64,000 nt of DNA, taken from positions 17,608,001 through 17,672,000 of the forward strand of contig JBHGNT010000004.1 in NCBI GenBank assembly GCA_043228905.1, in the 5' to 3' direction. The translations under genes were made by a program, and so were the position numbers. How positions within the stretch are numbered: position 1 is the stretch's first letter; each line of letters opens with the position of its first letter. The notes under the pieces are model-generated. The model saw nothing but the letters and a program-made list of their open reading frames with translations. It ran no database searches and was not told the DNA's origin. Source of the DNA: Azolla caroliniana. Lineage: Eukaryota > Plantae > Polypodiophyta. Shown piece by piece: positions 1-14,007 of this stretch.

Positions 1-924
1 TGATAATATCTAGTAGATAATTAGATAAGTGATAACTTATAGTAATAGGTTAGGTAAACTTGTTTTAGCTATTAGGTCCTACGTTAATGTACACACCCTA
101 GATCTAACACCTAATAGCTAGTTAAAACAAGCGACAATGTATAATAGGAATTAGCTAAAACTATTTTAATCATTATCTCATTAGTTATAGATGTAGCAAA
201 CATGTACCCATCCTTGAGCTAACATCTAGTAGCTAGTTAGTTCACAATGTATAGCACAAAATTTTCTAAATTTATTTTAGTTCTTATTTCATTAGCTACT
301 AGATGTAGCCAACATTTATTGATCCTACAACTCAAGTAGCTAATTAGCTAAGGGTACTCTAGCAATGTGATAACATATAATAGCTATTAGCTAAGTGACA
401 ATGTATAGTAGTGAATTGGCTAAATCTATTTTAGTTATGATTTCGTTAACAAAAGTTTACATTTAGTAGTCATACATTGTGGCAAATAATATACTTAGGA
501 AACAACTCTCCATGACAATGTGTCTATTGTGAATCAAACTCATGTTGCCAAGAGTAAGAGAAAGGCAATGACATACCCTTGTTCAAACCATACAAATCCA
601 TGCATTTGGAAAATTTTCTTGCGGTGGATAATATCAGTACCACCAATAATGTTGCCCCAATGCATGATGTTGATATTAAATATAATGATAGTTTTTTTGA
701 AAACCTAATAGAGAAAGCCATTTAGTAGTTATAGCTTTTGGATGATACAATTTCCTTGGGAATTTATCTTTTGCAATGATATCTTCCTCTACTAGAATTG
801 TTGGAGAGGGAATACACTCTTGACCAATTGGTAGAGGAGACTATTGATATGTTGTCAAAGGAAGCAACCCTGAGAAAATGGGAAACAGTGGTGTTGACCT
901 AAAGCTTCAGTGATGATCTTCTTG

Positions 925-1232
925 TCATCACTCAGATTGCCTAAAGATCTAGCAATGTGACATCCTTATCATGCTTATTCACTTTGTTGTTATCATGCAT
1001 GGTTAATATATTTTCCAAACTATGGACCATATCTCTTTTGACTTCTTCTTTTGGCATAATCTCGACCATAGTGCCTTGTCATCACCCAGATTGCATAAAG
1101 ATCTAGCAATGTGACATCTTTATCATGCTTATTCACTTCATTGTTATCATGCATGATTAATATATTTTCCAAACTATGGACCATATCTCATTTGACTTCT
1201 TCTTTTGGCATAATCTTGACCATAGTGCCTTG
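925..1232. repeat. ~154-bp direct tandem duplication (2 copies)
   Basis: tcatcac(t/c)cagattgc..aagatctagcaatgtgacatc...gaccatagtgccttg at ~925-1078 and again at ~1079-1232. Confidence 0.85.
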
Positions 1233-3408
1233 TGATCGTATTCCCTTAGATTTCACCTCTTCACATAGATGGGCAAGTAAAAGGTTTAGGAGCAAAGATT
1301 CGTAGATGGAATTCATCTCGTCATCGGAATTGCATCCATTATATCATAATCAACTTCATGGTATGAAGCTTTAGAGATGCTTGAGATTGCATCATCTAGA
1401 CTATCCCTAGTAGCTTACTTATTCTCAACCTTGAATTTGCTAAAGCTCGTGGCCAATAATGTACTTATGACTCTTGCACATGGTCATAATTCATATGTGA
1501 ACATGTCCAACTGCAACTACTCGAGTTCGCACCAATTATCCTAATGTATAACATGATTGCATTGAAAGTAAACCAATCAACAAAGCTTCAAAGAAGGCAT
1601 TTGTCTCATTTTCCAGGCCAAACTCGAGTTCCTCATCTATGTATCTAGGAACAAAGCCTCAATTATAGTACATTCTATCCGTTAATCCTGAAACCACATG
1701 TAGGTGTCTCATGGGCCTTCAATGCTAGTACTCATCCTCATCATTCTCACTATTGGGCATCAACACTTCTCAAATGGAGCATTGAATACGATGGAGAAGG
1801 TTTCCTTGTGTCAATCAATAAAAAAATTCAAAAATCGGTTTACATGTAGGTTTCTTATCATAATATTAGGAGCTAAGTAGGTGTCCAACACAAACATCCT
1901 CATACATTTGTTTTAGAATCTCCATGATCTCCTTTCGGTTGGTACTTGTTCAAAGAACTCCATATTTGCCTTTCTGCTAAAAATCTTCTCCAACTAATGG
2001 ATGTTGCCATGCCTTTGTCAGCGACCTCTTTCTTTGCAAGGCATTGAGTTGAGATGGAATTTATCCTCCAATTAGAAAGCTTTGTATCTCTTTCAAGGAC
2101 TCCACATACCTACATGTTTCCAATCCCCAAACTACTTTCTCCTTTATATTTGCACTATTGCATCTGGTTCTTTGTTGTTTAAACTCACCATATGATTAAC
2201 TTGTATATTTTTCAAAAGGCCTTCGGAGGCCCATCATTTCTTTATGGAAAGTTTTGATCCGTCACTCTAACATTTCCAATGACCAATAACTTGTTTAATT
2301 ATTCATTGAGAGTATCCTTTGATATTAAATCTTTTTATCTTTAACGCTTACAAAGACGTAGAGAGTCTCGTCGAACTTTATTCTTAAATGTCTTTATGCT
2401 CCATTCTCCAATTTCAATATTGATTGTGGCATTCAATTTGTCATTTGAATTTCCCTCCACGTTAGACCCAAAATCCCTAACACAATACATATGCATTAAC
2501 ATAGGGATATTTAGGATTCCATACTCATGTGCAACTGTTTAATTAATGACGAATACAAATCAAACATAATTCGTCTCTTTGTCACAGGCATTCAAACCAT
2601 AGTTAGATCTTAAATATTCACATGCATAAGGTTCTTATACCATTTGCTACAATTTTCATGACAATTTGTCTTATTGACTATAACAAAGTTGCCCATATGA
2701 GTAAGAAAAAGTTAAATGGAAATTGGGAGTAATTACTTAAAAAACAAAAGTAATTATGTTCATAAATACTTAGGTGAAAATGTGAGGATGCTCTAAACTT
2801 ACGAACCAGCCAGCAAAAAAATCAAGCGAAACTACCGTTTTTGGAATTTTCTATTGATTGACACAAGGAAACCTTCTCCATGGTATTCAACGCTCCATTT
2901 GAGAAGTGTTGAGGCCCAGTAGTGAGAATGACGAGGATGAGTACTAGCATTGAAGGCCCAAAACATCAATACACAGGAACCCATGTTGAAATTGTAATAA
3001 TAAATCGGAAACAAATGGGGACATCGCATTAAAAACCCCTGATTCCTTTACGAACCCAGCAATGACCAACTCTCGGATAGTAATCTCTCTTTCTTGAGTT
3101 TAGATCTTCCTTCACTCAATTGCTTAATGTAGACATGATCAATACAAAGAACATCATATGTACGTGACAATAAAGGCAAAAGACCAATTTAAAGTTTGCC
3201 ATGCATAGAATTTAGGGTTTCATTTGGTCAATAAACTATTAAAATTATTAAATGCAAAGCTCTCCATTTCTCTCTCTCTCTCTCTCGACAGGTACTTATC
3301 CATTATTCACTACAGCTTTAAGAAAGCCCTTTTAAAGCAGAGACAAGAGACTTTAGAGGTAGAACGAGTATAACGTGAGACGCATGTGTGTGTTTTCCTT
3401 CTTTAGCT

Positions 3409-4207
3409 ATGGCAGAGAAGAACCAGGAAACGGAGAAGGTCCAATTGCTGTGCTCCTGGGCCAGCCCTTTCTCTCTGAGGATAGAGCTTGCTTTGGCTCT
3501 GAAAGGCATCGAGTATGAGAAGCTCCCACAGGATTTGTCTCAGAAGAGCCCCCTCTTGTTGGCTTCCAACCCTGTGTACAAGAAGATCCCTGTGCTCCTC
3601 CATGGCGACAGAGCCATCTGTGAGTCCTCCATCATCATTCAATACATCGACGAAGCTTTCCATGACCACCATCATCATCAGTTTCTCCCGGAAGATGCTT
3701 ATGGCCGGGCGACCGCCCGATTCTGGGCCGATTTCGTGGACAAGAAGGTTAGGGAAAAACCAAAATTCTTTCGCGCCGCTGAATCAAATCACGGTTGCAT
3801 AGTTACCTGTTTGGTGGATCATTTTGTGGTGCTTTGCCCAGGTGCTTGATGCTGTAATCAGGGTGGTGAAGACGCAAGGTGAGGCACAGAAGGCAGCTAT
3901 GGATGATGCAATGGCTTGTTTCGAGACGTTGGACGACGCGTTGGGGAAGGTTTCGGGAGGAGGCTCGCCATTCTTCGGAGGACACAACATGGGCCTCGTG
4001 GACATCATGTTCTCTCCGTTGGTCTGTTGGTACCCGGCCATCGAAGAAGCATCGGCGGGAGGCATTAAGTTCGCCTTCCACGAAAAGTATCCTCACCTCC
4101 ATGCTTGGCTACATGCTTTCAAGCAATCGGCCGTTGCCTCCGTCCTACCCGATCCGGAAAAGATCACCGAATTCGCCATCAATGTCATTCGGAAGAGTGT
4201 GATGTGA
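3409..4207 (+). CDS. Tau-class glutathione S-transferase, copy 1 (exons 3409-3747, 3842-4207)
   Basis: MAEKNQ...WASPF (catalytic Ser), SNPVYKKIPVLLH, CESSIIIQYIDE, RATARFWADFVDKK; single GT-AG intron at the conserved tau position; exon 2 ETLDDAL...PFFGG..GLVDI...KYPHLHAW. Confidence 0.95.
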
Positions 4208-4331
4208 TCATTACCTAAATGTCTTTATTAGATAAACACCCAAATAATAAAGACATGATGTGATTTTATTCAGACTTGGCAAATTGTGAGCCAATCTAGC
4301 GAATTTGTGCATGCGGCCTTTGGTTACCAAT

Positions 4332-4823
4332 TAGCAATTGGCAACGGTTCCATTTGAACCGATCCGAATCGTGAACCGTGGCTTCACAGCTTAACGGTTT
4401 AAATGGTTTGGTTCAGGTTCATGGTTTTTTTAACGGTTCGGTTCCGTTTTGGGGGGTCAACTGTTCGGGTTGGTTCGATTCAAATGTTTGAAACAATGGT
4501 TTAAACAGTTAAAATGGTTCAAGTGGTTCAAACAATTTAAATGGTTTAAGCTTGTAACTTGATTACTTTTCTTAAATATTTTTCTAATTCTTACATTTTA
4601 GTAATAAAATTATACATTTGAAATACTTAAAGATTTAAAATTTGAAATTTGACCACCGAAACTGAACCGTGAAAGTTTTAACAGTTTGAAAATATTTAAA
4701 ATCATTTGTTGCGAGTTTCAATCCTCTTTAACGGTTCAATTTAAGTAACTTTAAGTTTTTAAACTATTCGGATTTAAATGGTTTGAGTTTGACACCCTCA
4801 ATCCAAACTGTTTCCAATTGCTA
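4332..4823. mobile_element. Non-autonomous hAT-type MITE
   Basis: TIRs tagcaattggcaacggtt / aactgtttccaattgcta; 8-bp TSD ttaccaat/ttagcaat (7/8 match); internal aaccg/cggtt subterminal repeats. Confidence 0.75.
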
Positions 4824-5689
4824 TTAGCAATGGGAGAATACCCTCTTCTGGTTGTCTTGATCAGATTTGCCTCATGTTGCTATTCATCCAAGAGTGAAAT
4901 GGAGTGAGGGAGGTACTTTGCCTACAAAGCATTACTTGCTTTGTGGGTTTACTAACTGAATGATGCCCCCATAATTAACACAAAGAAACATAAAATGACA
5001 ATTGATCAAAGCTTATAAAAAACAATGATTCGTCGAAATTGACCACGTAATGAAGTTGTCTAGAAACAATCACTCATCGAAATATAGGATGTTTGGTATC
5101 CATTAGTCAACTCCTCTCATATATTATGGTTCAAGGATACATTGGAGATATAGGAAAATAGAGAGAATGAGTCAAATATTGCAATATCCTTAAACCTTTA
5201 TAGTCTCTCTCTCTCTCTAGTCACTTTCTTAATCTCATGCCCTAAGCTTATCATTACTTAAGGGAATTAATGGAAGCTAAGTCGTTTGGTGATTTACTAT
5301 GTCTTCATTCTCTAAGGAATGTGATCAAACGTGTGGGAAGTATCTCAAGTCTTTATTAATTATCATTAATCATGTTAATATGATTAAGTCATAGAGCAAG
5401 GTTAGTGTTTGCTCAAGTAGTTAGTTTATAGCTAGAAACTTAAGAATGGTTGATAAAAAATTTGTTACTTAAAAGAAAAAACACAATGCTCTTATGATGT
5501 CATGGAAATACAAATGAGGCTCAAGAAAAGGATTTTGTGAGCCGTGGGGATCAAGCTAAGGATCTGTCGTAGAGGGGGTGACGCCTCCAATACAAGCCAT
5601 TTGACTTCAAGAAAATAAGTTGAATTCATGAATTTGAAAATTTGACAATAGGACTAGAAAGGTCGAGGAGAATAATTAAGAGAAAACAA

Positions 5690-6720
5690 GGTAGAAGTTT
5701 GAGATCACAATGCTAGATCCAAGGTGGAAAGGAGTTTAAATTGAGTTGTGAAGTTAGAGGATTAACTAGCGAAAAGTCAGAACAAGATGGGTACAAGTTG
5801 ATTGTTCAATAGTTAAGTATAATAAGATTTTTTTCATCAAACTACTTCGTTCAAAATGGTCCACGTGGTCTTGTTAGTGTTCACATTGTTATATCAAATG
5901 GATGTCAAGTTTCCTTTTCCAAATGGCTATCTCAAAGAGGAAGTATTTATGAAGTTATTGTGTTTGAGATACCTAGTTTAGAAAACAAGTTCTTGATAGT
6001 GTGTGGAGTTTTGAACCAAACATTAAAACCATGGTACCAGTGGATAGATTCCTCATGGAGGGTAGATTTAGGAGATGTCAAGCGAGCATTGCCCACTATA
6101 TCAAAACTAAAGAGAACTAGATAGTGAGCCTAGTGTTTTACGTAGACAATCTTGTGTTCATAGTTAAATTACTATATAGACATGAATGAGTGCAAGAGGA
6201 AGACAAGTTCCAAGGTCAAGATGACAAATCTAGTTTGTTATGTTTCTATTCATGCTAGATTGTTTGTTATTCAAGGAATAAAGAGATATTTGTTGCTCAA
6301 AGTGAGCATGGCTAATTCTCAAATTGTTTGAGATGGATGTTTGTACACTTACTTCCACATTGATTGAGAACCACAAATCCAAATTAACAAACATGGAGGT
6401 CAACCTAAAGTTGTTGTTGAAGGCTGAGGATGCAAGATTGTGGAGAATGGACAAATATACAACAATGATTGGGTCTCTCCTAAATTTGTCCGCAAAAGAC
6501 TAGAGTAAACCTACCTTTTGTGGAACTACAATTAATTCTCCCAGTTAATCTAAAGAAGAACCATTAACAAGCTAGGTTGTGTACTCTTGAGCATGTAAAG
6601 GGCGGAATTAGATATGGCATCAAAGTTGGCAAAGGGATGTAGTTGATTGGATAGTGTGACCCCTGACTATACTTGGGACCTAAATGATAGAAGGTCAATC
6701 TCTAGATTTTATTTCTAATG
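5690..6720 (+). mobile_element. Heavily degraded Ty1/Copia reverse transcriptase remnant
   Basis: Fragments readable across frameshifts: DPRWK, QMDVK..(NG)YLKEEVFM, WYQWIDS, LVFYVDNL, YCDP..DLNDRRSIS. Confidence 0.65.
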
Positions 6721-8298
6721 AAAGTTTGAAATATTATGCTTTGCGAGACTTACCACGAGTCTCATTTCTTGATTACCACCTTCAAACAACTCCACCTAAG
6801 GATCTTGTGAATGGAGACACGAACGAAACACTAAAAGATGATAAATTTTGTATCTAGTTTTATGCCACCTTTGGGCTATCCACACACCCTTATAATGTGA
6901 AAATGTTATCAAATTTGATGAAGGCACTAGTTTCGAAGATTTAGAGTATAAGGTGTGGGTACACCAACCACAATTACTTCTGAAAAGAAAAAAGAAAATC
7001 GAAAGAAAGAAAAATCAAAAGAAGATGATTACTCATATATCAATCATGGAGGTACATTTGAGCCATATTGTGGTGGCTCAAGGTGCCCATGCCTCTAAGA
7101 AATTCGCCCTAATAACTATGAAAAAGTTAAATGCAACATGTAAGTAATTACTTCAGAAAAAGTATTGTTTATAATTAGTTAGGGGAAAAGCTGATGAAGT
7201 TCTACAAATAAACAAAAGCAACAAGATCTGTTGATTTTTAATTTTAGTATTGACACAAGGGAACCTTCAACTCGTATGAGCACTCCATTTGCAAAGTGTT
7301 CACTCAAATTCAAATATTTCAGCATTTCCTAACTTTTCAAGGGTTTATTAAAGTATGTGACCTTAAAAACCATGAACTAAACAAACAACTAAAACAGTAG
7401 CTAATTAGTGCTAAATGTTAATGAAAGTGGTCTTTCCGTTCTAATAATAATAAAAGTAGCTAGTTAGCTTTCACCTAACCTCATTTCTAATAAATAATAA
7501 AAAACAAGAAATTTTAATGACAAGTGAATATCACATTAGAAACCAAGATAGCTTATTCACCAAACAATCACTAACTATCTAATCTAATCTAATGCATAAA
7601 AAGCCCTGAATTTGCCAATAAAGCATTGGTGAAAAGTTTGCTATGCATAAGTTTTAGATTTTATTGGTGTTGAGTAAATATGTCACTCCATGTTGTGTTC
7701 ATGTGATGAGGGATCCCGTCGAGGTCATAATAAATGACAAAAAAATAAAATAAAAATTTTAATAAGTGCATGCTACATACGCCAACTAGTAATGTTTTTC
7801 CACGATCGAGCAAAGTTCTATTCGAATTCACTTGATATTTTAGTTTGACAAGGATGTCGAAAATTCTATTAAAAAGATCGAGGGCACGGCTTGAGGCAAA
7901 AGGATCGATGTGCGGATGGATCGCTAAAATACTTTCATAAATTCAACATTTCATGGTCTTAGACATTAGTAAAATGTAGTTGTGTGGGCAGCCTCTGTGG
8001 TTTTTTAGATCATTATGGCCCAATTCTGATTTTCTTCTAAATCAGAGTTCCTAATGCAAAAGAAGGTTTGTCATGACTCATATAAGTTCTGTCTTCCTTT
8101 CACACACACATTGATTGCTCTGCTCTTTCTTCACAAGACACACATACAATTACACCTCCTCCATAATTTCCTTATCCAATCCACAGCTTTAAAAAAGACA
8201 GTCTAAAGCAGAGAGAGAGAGAGAGAGACTCATGAGACCTAGAATTAGAAAGTAGGATCAGGTGAGCGTCTTGTGTGTTTTTCTTCTCTGATTTAGCC

Positions 8299-9268
8299 AT
8301 GGCCCAGAAGCACGAGGACACACAGAAGGTTCAGTTACTGTGCTCCTGGGCCAGCGCTTTCTCCATGAGGGTGCAAATCGCCTTGGCTCTGAAAGGCATC
8401 GAGTATGAGAAGCTCCCACAGGATTTGTCTCAGAAGAGCCCCCTCTTGTTGGCTTCCAACCCTGTTTACAAGAAGATCCCTGTGCTCCTCCATGGCGACA
8501 GAGTCGTCTGTGAATCCTCCATCATCATTCAATACATCGACGAAGCTTTCCATGACCACCATCATCATCAGTTCCTTCCCGCCGATGCTTATGGCCGGGC
8601 GACCGCCCGATTCTGGGCCGATTTCATGGACAAGAAGGTTAAGCATAATCATCTTCTGTAACCAGATATTGTCTCCATGTAGAGCCACGTCTAAACTGGA
8701 AAGAGAGATTTTCTTTTGACAAAAGCTCTCTCTAAACTGTTTGATAATTCTTGCTAAATTAAATCAATCATCGCACTTAATCTTCTAAACTGTTTGGTTA
8801 ACGTTTGCTAAATTAAATTAATCATCGTTATTAATCTTCTACACCAAAAAGTCTCACTACTACATTGCCTTTTGCTATTACTTCTAATGAATCATGTGGT
8901 GTTTGCAGGTATTTGATGCGCTAATCCAGATCCTGCTATTACAAGGTGAGGCACAAAAGGCAGCAATACAGAATGCACTGGCTTATTTCGAAACTTTGGA
9001 CGAGGCGTTAGGGAAGGTATCAGGAGGTTTGCCATTCTTCGGAGGAGAGAACATAGGGTTTGTAGACATAATGTTTGCTCCGCTCGTCTGTTGGAGCCCT
9101 GCGATCGAAGCTGCAGGAGAGTTTAAGATCCCCTTCGAAGACAAGTATCCTCATCTCCATGGTTGGTTCGATGCTTTCAAGCAATCCTCTGTGTCTGTGG
9201 TTCTACCCGAACCAGAAAAGATCACCGAATACGCGATCAATGTCCTTCGGAAGGCAGCTATCTCATAG
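8299..9268 (+). CDS. Tau-class glutathione S-transferase, copy 2 (exons 8299-8637, 8909-9268)
   Basis: MAQKHED...WASAF, SNPVYKKIPVLLH, RFWADFMDKK|gt...ttgcag|VFDALIQ...PFFGGENIGFVDI...DKYPHLHGW; stop TAG at 9266-9268. Confidence 0.95.
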
Positions 9269-11194
9269 CTAATTGATTGTCTAAGTAAAAGGTCTGGGAA
9301 AGGATTGTTGCTCCACTCCCAGATTAAAATATGGTGTGATTTGTGCTGACTCAATTTGAACAAGTTTGAATCTCTCAATATGTGCCAAATCCAGATTTTT
9401 TTGTCTTTATGATCATCCAAGAAATGGGAATGGCTTGAGTTCTCCTTAGCAAAATTCTTTTGTATGAATCTCATCTATTGTCTGTCTTTTTACATTTAAT
9501 ATTAATAACAATGCCTTCATGGCTCATCGGAATTGTGTCGAAATTGAGCAATTGTCGAAGTTTTATATTTCTGTATTTCCGGACGGTTCATTGAAATTGA
9601 GTACCAATCCTTTTTACACTTTATCAAAGAAGGATGATTCTCCGAAACTTTCTCAAAAGCAATGAGCCAATTGTAGAAAATCGACATTGACATTTCTCCA
9701 AAAATGATGATTCATTAAAGTTGCTCAAAACAAAGGATTGTTTGAAGTAGACCGAGGATTGATGTTGGCCAATGACAATTCGTCGAAATCTCTCGAAAAC
9801 ACTGGTTCACTGAAATTGCTTGAGAACAACTACTCAAAGTAATCTAAAATGTAGAATTCTCAATTTTTTTTAACTTTGTTTTGGAGTTTTAAGGTTCCTA
9901 AATCCTTGCCAAGGAATATGTTGTTGAGGTTTTACTAATGAAATCCCCCAAGAATTAACATACAAAAAAAATTTGAACACAGAAGTGAGCAAAATTAACA
10001 CATTAAATACGAAATATGAAATATCTAAAAGATACAAAAACCACCACAAATTTAACACAAAAATCTTCATGATAATAACCCACAAAGGACAAAAAAGGAA
10101 GCAAACAACAGATGACCACACTATAAAGCGCTACTACACTCACACATCAATGATGATGGCAACAACATGTAGGCCACACCAATCATGATGGTTGGTGTCA
10201 ACCCCACCTTAGAGCCCCTAATTCACATCTCAACAATCGCACTAACCCTACTAACACCACTAACGATAACACAACTCAGACGAATCCCCTTCCCCATCCA
10301 TATCTCCATTCTTTTTCCCTGCCTATGTATACCTTGACTACAACTCGTACGAACATTCCTTTTACATATTCCACGATGTTATCTTAGAGAGTCAGTAACC
10401 ATAGACACACTTCTTAAGCAATGCCTCCCTATTAACCTTCCCCCTAATTCATCTACGTTTACAACACCATCAACCAGTCCCATTTGATAGTGGCCATCCC
10501 AATTTAGAACTATTCAACCTTCACGTCAATGTTGATCATTTTTTTAACCAAATGATGGCCCAATTCTAGCTCAATTACATACTTCAAGAAAGTATGAAGA
10601 GAAACGTGTAGGAAAACACCAAGGGCTAGTTGTTTCATCACCAACTTGCATCATAAACACCCGCCATCTAAATGTCCCACCTTCTAGCTTCTTCCCTGAA
10701 TTTTGCTCAATTGATTGGGGTTCTCAAATCCTCACTACCACAATTTGTTTTCAAATGGGTATGAACAACTCTTTGCCCATGCTCGATGACGGATACACAC
10801 TTTAGTGGAAAAGTCTCATGATTATGATTAAGCTTTAAGAAACCATGATTTGTAATACCGGAATCAGAATCGGAATCAATCAAACACACAACCATTGTCC
10901 ATAGACAATGGCAAGATCACTGACAGGATTTGATGGGCAAGTTAACAAGAAATAATAGCCAATTCAACAAGAAAATGATAAATGCAATAGAACACGAGAC
11001 TTCTACGTGAAAAACCCTAAATCGGGGAAAAACCACAGGACCCTTAGAGTATCAAAACTTCCACTATAACTCAGTTTATAAGTGGGTACAACCTCCCTAG
11101 ATATCCCTAAAAGAATACACAAGCATCAAAGCAACAACCTTGGCAACTGTCTTCATCCAACAAGATGGATGGAACAACAAGAACAAACAAGAGA

Positions 11195-13271
11195 CACAAG
11201 GTGAACCCTCTTGCTATAAAGAAGTTATGTTGGCTAGTGATCATGCTAAGTGGGAGCATGCCATGCAAAGTGAATTGGACAGTATTTATAAGAATGGTAC
11301 TTGGGATTTAGTACCTTTGCCAAAGGATAGGAAAGCATTACCATGCAAGTGGGTCTACAAGTATAAATATACACATGATAGAACTTCACCAAAGTACAAA
11401 GCACACTTGGTAGCAAAAGGTTTCAAGCAAGAACTAGAAGTTGACTTTGATGAAATTTTCTCTCATGTAGTTAAGATGACTACATTGCATATGTTGCTTG
11501 CGTTAGCTACGAATCAGGACTTAGAATTAGTCCAAATGGATGTAAAGACTGCTTTCGTGCATGGGGATCTTAACGAGGAGATCTATATCGAACAACCAGA
11601 AGGTTATGAAGTCTCAAGAAAAGAACACTTGGTATGTAAACTCAAGAAGAGCTTGTATGGGCTTAAGCAGTTCCCAAGATTTTGGTACCAAAAGTTTGAT
11701 GCATTTATGAAGACTCAAGGGTGCACTAGAAGTAATGAGGATCCTTGTCTTTATTCGAAAAAATGTTCAAATGAGAGTTCCATTATGTTGATACTCTATG
11801 TTGAGGATATGTTTATCGTTGGTAAAAACAAGGATGACTTATCCTTGTTGAAGAAAAACTTGAACCAGACTTTTGACATGAAGGATTTGGGAGACGCAAA
11901 ACATATTCTTGGTATGAGTATTACTCGTGATAGGAGTAAGTGATGCATTTATTTGTCTCAGGCTGAGTACATATCCAAAGTACTCAAGAGGTTTAATATG
12001 GAGAATGCAAAGCCGTTGAGCACTCCATTGCCTACATATGTAAATCTGAGCACATGTGATTGCCCCACATCTGATGAGGACAAGGAATTCATGACCAAGG
12101 TTCCTTATCAATCTGCAATTGGTAGTCTCATATACGCCATGGTGGCTACTAGACCAGACATTGCATTTGCAGTGTGAGCGGTAAGTCGATTCATGTCAAA
12201 TCCTGGTAAGAAACATTGGGATGCACTCAAGTTGATAATGAGATATCTGCGTGACACTAAAGATAAATGTCTATGATTGGGTAGAGGTGATGTCTTTATC
12301 TATCATCGGATACAAAGATTCAAATTATGTTGGATGTGCTGATAGTAGGAAATCTACATCAAGGTACATTTTTCAAATTATGGGAGGTGCCATTGCTTGG
12401 AGATCTCATCTCCAAGAATGTGTCGCATTGTCAACTATAGAGGCTGAGTATGTTGTAGCTAGGGAGGCATGTAAGGAAGCAATTTGGCTGTCTCGATTAG
12501 CTAGTGACATGGGTATACGTCAACATGTACCCAAATTGTTTTGTGATAGTTAGTGTGCCCTTGCTTTGGTTAAGAACCCAGTATATCATGGAGAGACCAA
12601 GCACATTGGAGCGCGATACCATTTCATTCATGAATGCTTAGCTAATGGTTGCATTAGCCTTGAGAAGGTTGTGTCTCGAGAAAATGGTGCAAACGCATTG
12701 ACCAAGGCCTCACCAGAAGATGCATTGGGGCATTGTTGTCACTTGATGGGGATCACCAAGTGCCTTATGTAACATGCCCATCAGGTGGGAGGTATATGCC
12801 TTGTATAGTTCAACCTTCTATTGTTCGCACTCTTAGTTTAGGCCTTTTAGAGGGAGATTGTTATATGTACATAGAGACATGTACATAGTGTGAAAAGGCC
12901 AAAATGGCATGTGCTCTTGTTTTACTCTTTAATTTATTTTCCCCCTTTACTAGATATAGGGTGTGTGAGAAAAACCCTTATGAGAGAGGCAAAATTTACA
13001 ACCATCGTTTTCTCTGTTTCCCCCCCTTTTTGAAACAGAGTTTTTCTTCACTCAACGATTCTATCTTGGCTCTCTGCTCTACCGATTTATATTATGAGCT
13101 AAAGTACATGCATAACTTTCTAGAGGTACGTAACTAGAGAGTATTTCTAGATCAAGTATATTATATATAAATATATGTTTATATCAAAATGGTTGAGCAG
13201 GACATCTTGTTGGGTGAGGCTGTAGGTTTAATCCTCACCAACTATATATTTTATGTCACTGTATCCTAACA
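11195..13271 (+). mobile_element. Ty1/Copia 3' fragment (RT, RNase H, PPT, probable 3' LTR), with stops and frameshifts
   Basis: WDLVPLP..ALPCKWVYK, YKAHLVAKGF, QMDVKTAF, KSLYGLKQ, LYVEDM, RPDIAFAV, ALSTIEAEY, TKHIGARYHF; purine tract agagggagat followed by TG at 12859; likely CA end near 13271. Confidence 0.9.
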
Positions 13272-13539
13272 ACACTGAGAATGGCATCAAAAAATTTGGA
13301 AGATTACCCCTTATTCTGCCAATGTTCTTGTTTATGGGGGGACAACATTGAGAATGGCATCAAAATATTTGGAAGATTACCCCTTATTTTGCCAATGTTC
13401 TCGTTTATGGGGGAGATCAGTAATGAAATCCAAAGTGATAGACTTCCTTGGACTCTTTGGAACTATGAATGTCCATGCATTGTCGAGTAGTAAGGGTTGT
13501 GAAAATAATCTAGCTCTTCCATTATATTTCCTCGAAAAC

Positions 13540-14007
13540 TGTGAAGAGTTTATTACTAATCAATAGACCAAAATAAAGTAAAAACAAGGTAAATAGATTG
13601 GATAGAAGAACTCGGTCCACCCGACCACCCCCGAGCTATGATCAAGACATAACCAACCTACCATCAACGTCCCATACTGCTGAATATTAGGATGACTAAT
13701 ACCTTAATAGAAATTAACACGATCATCGTGACGAAAGCCTAGCCCACACCACCGGTGTCTAAGACAATAACCTTCCGACTTAATGTACTTATGAGGGTGG
13801 CTAAACCTCATATTTATACCTCTTCTTAAGCCCATTGCATAGATGTGCCTTTCTAAAAGACTCCCCATTCATTGGTTGTCAAGATCATGATAGCGCATGC
13901 ACCTGTCACTCTTTCTATCCAATCGCCCTTTCTAACATTAATGAACTTGCCTTTTATTTATGTAAATATTAGTGACCTACCCTCGCCTACATTATGTGTA
14001 CATAACA
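13540..14007 (-). mobile_element. Solo LTR of a Gypsy family (same family as the LTR at 27085-27559)
   Basis: TG...CA termini; the reverse complement aligns end-to-end with 27085-27559; flanks aaaac/aaagc resemble a decayed 5-bp TSD. Confidence 0.85.

Noticed and set aside
3403-3802. Antisense and alternative-frame ORFs repeated in all three GSTs
   Set aside because: Their recurrence follows from the nucleotide identity of exon 1; no independent coding evidence
10850-11190. Copia LTR-like segment (acgtgaaaaaccc...gaaaaaccac)
   Set aside because: No boundaries, PBS or partner LTR could be defined
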